Of a DNA stretch of 64,000 nucleotides, positions 54,095-61,518 are shown one piece after another. A program made the position numbers and the translations under genes. Numbering within the stretch: position 1 is the stretch's first letter; each line of letters begins with the position of its first letter. Source of the DNA: an uncultured Anaerolineales bacterium (lineage in GTDB: Bacteria; Chloroflexota; Anaerolineae; B4-G1); the NCBI GenBank assembly GCA_964542755.1, contig CAZIWL010000007.1:1146-65145 (forward strand), written 5' to 3'. The notes below the pieces were generated by a model, which searched no databases, was not told where the DNA came from, and was given only the letters and a program-made list of their open reading frames with translations.

Positions 54095-56343
54095 GGCAGC
54101 TGCACCTCCGCCAATGGGATCGCGCCGTCCGTCAGATGCTCACCTGTGCCAGTTTGGACCGGCAGTCGTTCGCCCGTATCCAACAGATAGAGCCCCACCG
54201 ATAGGTCGTACTGCCCCGCGGGCAATCCCTGGACCTCCAGGACCCGCTGGTCCACGAACGCCTCACCCGGCGTCCAGTATGACGTGGGATAGTCACCATT
54301 CAATGGAGGACCGTCCGCCTGGGCCACCACCTTCCCCTCCTCGTTCCGTAGATGCACAAAAACGGTGTAGTCGCGGGGTGTCGAGGCCCGGCTGGCCCAG
54401 TGGAGGGCTAGCTGGAGGCCATCTGAGGTCCGCTCTAGCGCGTACCCCTCCAGGTTGGCGATGGGCCCGATCTGGTAGTCCGTCGCGGTCTCTGGCGGGG
54501 GCGGGTCCGCCGTTGGCGGCAGCTTCAGCCAGCCGATCGTGGCCTCCTGCATCTTGTTGCCCGCAGCGTCACGAGCGGTCAGGCGTCCGCTGCTCGGCTC
54601 GTAGAGTCCAACGTCCAGCCGCAGACGGCTCGGCCCCACGGCGTCGGCAGCGATGGGAATGGGCACCTCGTCGACGATGATCTCACCAGGCTCCCAGAAT
54701 GAGGTCGGATAGTGCCCCAGGCCGGGATAGGTGTCCCGCTGCCCGACCTTCTCGCCGTTCCTACCGAACAACTGTGCGAAGAGGACGTAATCGCTGTCGG
54801 TAGCTGCGATCACTTCCCAGATCAGCGTCACGCGCACGGTCTCCCCGGCGTCCACGGTCTCCCGACCCGAATCGTACCCGACGAGCCGCGCCAGGGGTTC
54901 TGCGCCCTCAAGGTATGTGCGATTTGCGGTGTGCGCCGACTCTGGTGGATCCGTGAGAATTGGCGGCCGTGCGTAGGCTGGGGCCAGGAAGCAGGTGAGC
55001 CCGGCAGCTCCCAGAATCAGCATCCCGACTGTGAGACCCACGGCCAGAAGGGTGTGGAACCGCCGGGGCAGCCACGCACTTAGCCCGGTTACCATAAGAA
55101 CTGCGATGGAGGGCAGCACCGGAAAGAGGTAGCGTCCGAAATTGGGCATCGGCCTCAAGAAGCGGCGCACGATCATCGGTCCGAAGCTCATCAAGAAGCT
55201 GGCGCTGAGGACTGTGAGCTGCGATCGTCGTCCAGTCAGGAGAACGGCTTCGAGCCTCGACCTACCGGGGTCGAGCGCGTGTCGGAGGCGAGAGAGGCCG
55301 AGATACCCCAGGCCCCCTATAGCAGTGACCGTCATGGCGTCCAAGACGCGATAGATCCACGTGGAAAGTGGAATCTGATTGTAGCCTAGGCGTCCCCAGA
55401 AGGATGTGCGCAACCAGTAGAGATCGGGACCCAGGTTCGCCAGCGTCACAGGCTCTTCCCGCAGCCCCCACTCGCTCATCTCTCGGCTCGTCCCCGTTGG
55501 ATCCCCGTAGAGAACCGTCTGCCGCACCAGCCAGGGACCGATGAGGAGGCCGGCGATGGCGAACGTCATCAATCCCAGTCGGGCCATCCGCCGCCAGGAC
55601 CGATCGCGCCAGGCCACCAGCGCCAGGGTCAGTGCGGCGGTCGGCACGAGCGCCACAACCGTCAGCTTCGAGAGCCAGCCCAGCCCGAGAGCCAGCCCCA
55701 GCCCGGCGCATCGCCGCCAGGTGGCGCCACGCCGCAGGATGCGCAACATAGCCCAGATGGCCAGGGCGCCGAAAAGCGTCGCCCCGTTATCATCGTTCAC
55801 GGCCCCCGAGATGAAGAGGTACTCGGGGATGAAGGCCGCAAGTCCCGCGGCCCCCAGTGCCATGGCCGGGCGACTAGGGTAGATTTCTCGTCCTATGCGG
55901 AAGGTCACCCAGATGGTGAGCGCCCCCAACAGGACCGATGCCAGGCGCACGACACGGATGCCGAGCCAGGTGTCGCTTTGCCGGAAGGTGTCGCTATCGG
56001 GGTGGAGATAGAGGTTCTTGTTGTCGCGTCCCACCTCACCGAACCGGTAACCAAAGAACGGATTGTGCCGCTCCGGCCACAGGTGAAGGTCGGCCTCGTC
56101 CATCCAGAAACTGACCAGGGCGCCGTAGGCGTAGTAAAGGGGTGCGTGGTGTCCAAAACCGCGGCCCCCGCCCTCCTCCAGCACGGGAGGACGCCCCGTG
56201 TTGACCAGGGCTCGGACGTACTCATAATGGTAGATCTCGTCGGGGGCCTCCAGCGTGGGCGTGGTGATTGCATACGCCGCGCTCAGTCCGATGAAGACGA
56301 CGAGGATGACGATCAGGCCGTGCCTTGCTCTCTTCTCAGTCAT
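54091..56343 (-). CDS. GT-C membrane glycosyltransferase with 2 Ig-like domains (paralog E)
   Basis: TPTLEAPDEIYHY; HHAPLYY; NKNLYLH; FISGAVNDDN; GRYLFP. Start ATG 56343. Confidence 0.8.
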   Translation of the reverse strand: MTEKRARHGLIVILVVFIGLSAAYAITTPTLEAPDEIYHYEYVRALVNTGRPPVLEEGGGRGFGHHAPLYYAYGALVSFWMDEADLHLWPERHNPFFGYRFGEVGRDNKNLYLHPDSDTFRQSDTWLGIRVVRLASVLLGALTIWVTFRIGREIYPSRPAMALGAAGLAAFIPEYLFISGAVNDDNGATLFGALAIWAMLRILRRGATWRRCAGLGLALGLGWLSKLTVVALVPTAALTLALVAWRDRSWRRMARLGLMTFAIAGLLIGPWLVRQTVLYGDPTGTSREMSEWGLREEPVTLANLGPDLYWLRTSFWGRLGYNQIPLSTWIYRVLDAMTVTAIGGLGYLGLSRLRHALDPGRSRLEAVLLTGRRSQLTVLSASFLMSFGPMIVRRFLRPMPNFGRYLFPVLPSIAVLMVTGLSAWLPRRFHTLLAVGLTVGMLILGAAGLTCFLAPAYARPPILTDPPESAHTANRTYLEGAEPLARLVGYDSGRETVDAGETVRVTLIWEVIAATDSDYVLFAQLFGRNGEKVGQRDTYPGLGHYPTSFWEPGEIIVDEVPIPIAADAVGPSRLRLDVGLYEPSSGRLTARDAAGNKMQEATIGWLKLPPTADPPPPETATDYQIGPIANLEGYALERTSDGLQLALHWASRASTPRDYTVFVHLRNEEGKVVAQADGPPLNGDYPTSYWTPGEAFVDQRVLEVQGLPAGQYDLSVGLYLLDTGERLPVQTGTGEHLTDGAIPLAEVQLP

Positions 56344-56481
56344 CGCTCGCACGTGCAGGTTCCAGATACGTCGATGGACGAAGAGCGCTGCAATCTCGGT
56401 TCCCAGACACTCTGGCGTCTCCTGGCCCATTCCTCCAAAGCGTATCAGCCGCCATCCGAACTCGCTCGAGCGAGTGGGTCA

Positions 56482-58563
56482 TCATGGTGCTCCCGAAATC
56501 GCGAGCTCGGAGAGGGTGATTTGCCCTCCTGGCAGCTCGGTTCCGTCGGCGTCCCGAGCCGGGAGACGCGCCTTCGTGCCGTAGTCGTACATACCCACGG
56601 ATAGGGTGTAGGTCCCTCGAGGCAGGCCCACCGGCACCGGGACCGGGTGGTCATCCCGGACTACCTCGCCCTTCTGCCAGCCCCAGGTCGGTCGGTCGCG
56701 CGACGCTGGCACGCCGTCGTGCTGGGCCACCAGATTGCCGCCCTGGTCCAGCACGTGCACGAAGACGTGGTTGTCGGCGCCTACCAAGCCGTCAGAGCGC
56801 CAGAATAGGGTCACCGAAAAGGTGTCGCCGGCGGAGAGCATCGTCGAGGGCAAGGTGTAGCCCAGCAGCTCGACGTGATCCCCCAATCTGGCGTCCACCC
56901 GGTGGTCGACCGAGAATGCGCTCAGGTCTCTCGCATAAGCACTACAAACCCAGACGTAAGGGACGCCGTCGAAGGACTGCGTCCAGATCGGACCCTCGGC
57001 CTGGCAGGCCTCCCAATACGTCTCACAGTGCTCAAAGCGGACCGATCGCTGGACATCATTGACGTGGAAGACTCGGTAGTCCACCGTCGTGTGGTTGATG
57101 GGCTTCGTTACACCCTTGAAGTTCTCCCGGAACATCAGATTGCCCGGGTCGCAGATGCCGACCGTGAGGAAGCCAGCTCCCGGCTTCTGGTTGAGGTACC
57201 GGGCCGCCCGGTCCAATCCCTCCCCTTGATCCCCGAGCTGGAACAGGCTACGGGCCACTCGTGACCCTCCCAGCAGGAGGTTGTGATGGGTCCCGGGGTA
57301 GGGGTGCACGCGCAGCACCAGCCCGCTGTGCAGGGCCAATACGCCGGCGAGAAGCAAGGCCGAAGCCCGGCCGGTCAGCCATGTGGTGCGTGCCCGCAGC
57401 GTCTCCATACCCCTGACCAATCCCCAGGCCGCCAGCACGTCCAGCGCCAGGAACACGGGCAACACGTATCGCGATGTCTTCTTAGCACTCAGCGTCATCT
57501 GCAGCAGAAAAGCGGTGGCGTAGACGAGCACATAGCGCGCGGTCCGCGAGTCCTCTTCACCCCGGTCCCGGACGGCGAACCAGAGGGCGAGGCCGAAAGC
57601 CGGCAGTGTGACCAGGCTCATTTTCCAGGCCAAGACGGCCGGATAGTATGTGGGTCCCAGGTTTCGGACCGTCTCGCCGAGGAAGAACTGGGGGAATGGG
57701 TGGGACTGCTCGGCGTGGTGCAGGACACCGTTGAGGAGCATGTCCGAGACAGTTCTTCCGGGTTGCACCCACATCGCTGGCCAGAGGACGAAGAAGACGA
57801 CCGCAGCCGCCATGACCCACACCGCCAGCGCCGGAATCGTTCTCTTAGGGAGCTTGCGCCAGGTGCTCACCTGCAGGAAGCTTGAAGCCCCGTCGCTGGA
57901 CAGATGTCCGATCGTGAGGCTTAGACCGGCGAACGGTACCAAGAACAGGGCTGGGCTCTTCGTCAGAAGGGCGAGCCCTCCAAAGACGCCGCTGAACACA
58001 AGCTCTGACCACCTCTTCGTCTGGGCGTAGCGAATCAGAAGGAGAGCACTGAGCAGCATGAAGCTTGACAGCAACGCATCGACGTGGATCAGCTTGCTCT
58101 GCGCGACGAAAAACGGGTCCAGCGCGAGGAAGACGCCGGCGATGAGACCCACGGCTTTGCCCATCAGCTGCGCAGCCAGCGCGCATGCGCCGAGAATGCA
58201 TAGGGCGATCACCAGACCCAGGGCCGCCGTACCGGCGTGCGCCGAAGGGCTCTGGGGACTCGGCAGCTCGCCCGGCAGGGAGACGATGTCCGCCGCGGGC
58301 TGCCCCTGGTTGGCCAGATAAGCCCGCATCCCTGAGCCAGCGATCCACATCGTGGTGACCCCGGGATGGTAGCTCTGGTAGGTCGCCTTCAGGTCTCCCT
58401 CGAAGAGGGCGCCCCAAAACGCGGCCGAGCGCTCGTACCAGACGGTATACTTCGACGCGGGGCACGGGAGGCGCACTGAAAGGGCCAGCAGGAATACACT
58501 TGCCATGCCCAACCAGTAAGCGCTTCTTTTCATGCTAGCCTCGGCCTGAACGGCGTCCACCAC
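56482..58563 (-). CDS. GT-C membrane glycosyltransferase with 1 Ig-like domain (paralog F, HPGVT subfamily)
   Basis: YHPGVTTMW; ALDPFFVAQSKLIHVD; LTKSP; KKTSRYVLP; HPY; GEG. Alternative start ATG 58533. Confidence 0.8.
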   Translation of the reverse strand: MVDAVQAEASMKRSAYWLGMASVFLLALSVRLPCPASKYTVWYERSAAFWGALFEGDLKATYQSYHPGVTTMWIAGSGMRAYLANQGQPAADIVSLPGELPSPQSPSAHAGTAALGLVIALCILGACALAAQLMGKAVGLIAGVFLALDPFFVAQSKLIHVDALLSSFMLLSALLLIRYAQTKRWSELVFSGVFGGLALLTKSPALFLVPFAGLSLTIGHLSSDGASSFLQVSTWRKLPKRTIPALAVWVMAAAVVFFVLWPAMWVQPGRTVSDMLLNGVLHHAEQSHPFPQFFLGETVRNLGPTYYPAVLAWKMSLVTLPAFGLALWFAVRDRGEEDSRTARYVLVYATAFLLQMTLSAKKTSRYVLPVFLALDVLAAWGLVRGMETLRARTTWLTGRASALLLAGVLALHSGLVLRVHPYPGTHHNLLLGGSRVARSLFQLGDQGEGLDRAARYLNQKPGAGFLTVGICDPGNLMFRENFKGVTKPINHTTVDYRVFHVNDVQRSVRFEHCETYWEACQAEGPIWTQSFDGVPYVWVCSAYARDLSAFSVDHRVDARLGDHVELLGYTLPSTMLSAGDTFSVTLFWRSDGLVGADNHVFVHVLDQGGNLVAQHDGVPASRDRPTWGWQKGEVVRDDHPVPVPVGLPRGTYTLSVGMYDYGTKARLPARDADGTELPGGQITLSELAISGAP

Positions 58564-58618
58564 GATCGACTCCTACTCATGCACGGTGCTAAGGGCTGAA
58601 TCTTTGCGCAGGGGCTCC

Positions 58619-58647
58619 ATTGTAACGCGAGGCATGGGCGCAGGCAA
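58619..58647 (-). promoter_or_regulatory. Internal sigma70 promoter ahead of paralog F
   Basis: Minus strand TTGCCT-17 nt-TACAAT; a GGAG RBS precedes GTG 58563. Confidence 0.6.
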
Positions 58648-58749
58648 GACCTGCTACGGGTCTTGGAACTCGATGGTGCCGGGGAGCACGCCATATTGGC
58701 TCTGGTCACCCACACGCTAACCCGCGCCGACTGATCTTTCGCCTCGGTC

Positions 58750-59060
58750 AAGGCGACCCAACCGTAGGCGGAAACGCGGCCGACCAGGTGCTCGGGCATC
58801 AGCCCGCCAACGATGCGGAATCCGGCTGCTTCGTGGCTCACCGGGCTGATACCGTTGGGATGATGGAGATAGGGGGTGTGGTAGAGCTGGTGATCCCTTG
58901 TCAGGGCGCGCCGGGTCCACCAGCCGTCCCAGTGGTGGCGGAGGCTGTCGTTGGACGGTCCCGGAAGGTGATCGTTCGTCTCCGTAATGAGGGGCCAGGT
59001 GATGAGGAGGCTGAGCGCCAGGTAGGCCAAGAAGGCCGCGAGGAACACCCAGCCTGACAC
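58750..59060 (-). pseudogene. N-terminal remnant of a YfhO-like/GT-C membrane protein
   Basis: VSGWVFLAAFLAYLALSLLITWPL...PGPSNDSLRHHWDGWWTRRAL...HTPYLHHPNG...AY matches the 'TWPL..G..D...W..WW...AL...YP.G' start of a large membrane family. The sequence loses similarity after about 100 codons. Confidence 0.55.
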
Positions 59061-59252
59061 GCGTGTCTCTCTCCCGCGTCCCGCGGTCTTGTTTCCCGTC
59101 TCCCAGCTAATCCCCGGCAGTCTCCTACGCGATTCCACTCTGCAAGGCCCTCCCGATCCCAGGTCGTTGGTACACTGGACACTTGCCCGGCTGTGCTGAG
59201 CCCTCGTCACGCATCTAGTCTCTGAGCTGGGCCGACAGGGCAACTCAGAGGC

Positions 59253-61487
59253 TCAGCCGTCGGATAGACCTGGCGAGGCTCTGCCGTGCGCCGCCTTGAG
59301 GATTCCGCCAACGGTGGAGAGGAGGACCAGTAGACCGAGGAGACGAGCCCATTGGGCCTGGGGGGCAGCTCGCCGCGCCGAGACCTGCAAGGAGGCAGCC
59401 ACGTAGTGGTCCCTACTTGTCGCCCGGCTGTCGCCACCAACGATGAGGCGCTCCCCGGTTCTCCAGTCGTAGAGCCCGACGGTCAACGTGTAGTCCCCTT
59501 CTGGGAGATCGGCGGGCAGCTCCATGGTATGTGGGTCGACGACCGTCTCGCCCGGTGTCCAGCTCCAGGTGGGTCGTGTGCCGTGATCCGCGGCCCCATC
59601 CTCTTGCCAGATCAGGCTGCCGTTGGGCCCTGTCAAGTGGAGGAAGATACTCAGGTCCTCGGTGATGGCCTCGGTTGCCTTCCAATAGAGGGCCACGGGG
59701 ACGTCGTCCCCCGGCGCCGCCTCCGTCCCGCGCAGGTCGTAGCCCACCAGACGGAATCGCTCGCCAAAGCGAACCTCTGTCCGGTGCTCGGGGGGGCTGC
59801 TCGATCCTAGCTTGGCGTAGAGCCAGGCATAGGGCACGCCGTCGAATGCAACGTCGCGCGTCGGCTGCCGGGCCGCGTACCGTTCCCAGATCCGGCCCCA
59901 CTCCTCAGCTTTGTAGTCGCGCGATGTATAGTTGCGGTGGAACGCGACATAGTCGGCCGACCCCGACGGCAGCGCCGCTCCCTCGCCGATCTCCACGGTG
60001 GTGCCACGGAAGGTCTGATTGAAGACGTGCTTCAGCTGGGCCGCCGTGGTGAGTCCCCCGGCCGCGGGCTTGGCGTTCAAGTAGTCAGTCAGCACGGCGT
60101 ATCCCTCACCTTCCTCTCCGATCAGGATGGCGTCGGCCGCAGCTGGCGGTCCCCCCGCCAGCCAGTTCAGGGCCGTCCCGTAGTAGGGATGACGTGGCAG
60201 GGACACGGCTCCCTGGATCACCACCGGTAGGGCCATTAGAGCCAGGCGGGCGAAACGCCGCTTCCCGGCGAGGGCCTTCGCCCAGGCGACGGCACCGGCC
60301 GCTGCCAGGATGGTGAGCGGCAGGAGTGCCGGGAGGATGTAGCGAGGCATCTTCTTGGCACCTAGCGACATCTGACCCAGGTAGAAGACGGCAAAAGCCA
60401 GAAGGAGGAGCAGATCGGTGATGGTCTGCTTTCGCGTAGCCTGGCAGGCACGCGCGGCGGGCTGAGGATCAAGGAGGGCGCCGAGCCCAATCGCTGCCCC
60501 GACGGCGAGGAAGAGTAGCTCAATCTCACTCGAGCGAAAGAGGAGCGAGATGAGATAGAACAGAGGCCCGGGGTCGTCCCGCACCACTTCGCCCAGGAAG
60601 AGCGTCGGACTGTCGTGGGCCGTCGTCGCGTGACGCGTGAGGCCCCACCTCACCGCAGCGATCCCCTTGCCCGGCGCAACCCACATCACCGGCCATGCCG
60701 CCACATAGACGATGCCGGCGACCAGAAGCCAGACGACCAGAGGCCCCGCCACGCTGAAGAATAGGTCCTTGATGGCGCGGCGGCCCTCGACCGCTAGGTC
60801 GGTCAGCAAGATCAGGCCGAAGAAGGGCACCAGGAAGACTGCCGGGATCTTCGTGAGTAGCGCCAGGCCTCCCAGCCCGCCAGACAGGACCAGCCAGGCC
60901 CACCCCCGCTCGCGGCGGTAAACCATCATCGCCAGGGCGGAGAGGAGCATCAGGGTGGCCATCGCAGCGTCCAGGTGGAGAATCTTGCTCTGTGCGATGA
61001 AGTAGGGGCTTAGGGCCAATAGAAGCCCTCCGACCACAGCCGTGCTTTCATCGAAGAGCCGCCTCAGGAGGAGATACACGCCGACCACGCCAACGGCTAT
61101 CAGCAGGGCCAGCGGCACCACGGCGGCTGCTATCTCATTCAGCGGAACGGGCCCGGAGAAGTGGATCGGCTCGAAGTCCGGCGGGACGGTACTGGCTGCT
61201 GGACGGATGCCAGAGAGGGCCCAGAAGACCTTCAGCCCGATCCCGGACAGCCACATGAGGGTCACCCCCGGATGCTCAGAGTAGACAGTACTCGCCCAAT
61301 CACCACTCAGCGTGTCCTCGATGAAGTAAGCCGAGCGGAGGTACCAGACAAGGGGACGAGAGACCGGTTGTACGGCCCGCGGCAATAAGGCGACGAGGAA
61401 CAGGATCGCCACGAATAGTCCGCGACCGAGTCTTGGTGAAAAGAACCTGGACCCCTTGGCCCGTCCGATACTATCGTTCTCCGTCAT
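59253..61487 (-). CDS. GT-C membrane glycosyltransferase with 1 Ig-like domain (paralog G, HPGVT subfamily)
   Basis: EHPGVTLMW; ALSPYFIAQSKILHLD; LTKIP; KKMPRYILP; HPYY; GEG. Confidence 0.8.
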   Translation of the reverse strand: MTENDSIGRAKGSRFFSPRLGRGLFVAILFLVALLPRAVQPVSRPLVWYLRSAYFIEDTLSGDWASTVYSEHPGVTLMWLSGIGLKVFWALSGIRPAASTVPPDFEPIHFSGPVPLNEIAAAVVPLALLIAVGVVGVYLLLRRLFDESTAVVGGLLLALSPYFIAQSKILHLDAAMATLMLLSALAMMVYRRERGWAWLVLSGGLGGLALLTKIPAVFLVPFFGLILLTDLAVEGRRAIKDLFFSVAGPLVVWLLVAGIVYVAAWPVMWVAPGKGIAAVRWGLTRHATTAHDSPTLFLGEVVRDDPGPLFYLISLLFRSSEIELLFLAVGAAIGLGALLDPQPAARACQATRKQTITDLLLLLAFAVFYLGQMSLGAKKMPRYILPALLPLTILAAAGAVAWAKALAGKRRFARLALMALPVVIQGAVSLPRHPYYGTALNWLAGGPPAAADAILIGEEGEGYAVLTDYLNAKPAAGGLTTAAQLKHVFNQTFRGTTVEIGEGAALPSGSADYVAFHRNYTSRDYKAEEWGRIWERYAARQPTRDVAFDGVPYAWLYAKLGSSSPPEHRTEVRFGERFRLVGYDLRGTEAAPGDDVPVALYWKATEAITEDLSIFLHLTGPNGSLIWQEDGAADHGTRPTWSWTPGETVVDPHTMELPADLPEGDYTLTVGLYDWRTGERLIVGGDSRATSRDHYVAASLQVSARRAAPQAQWARLLGLLVLLSTVGGILKAAHGRASPGLSDG

Positions 61488-61518
61488 TCTCGCGTGCCCC
61501 TGTCTCGCGTCTCGCGAC

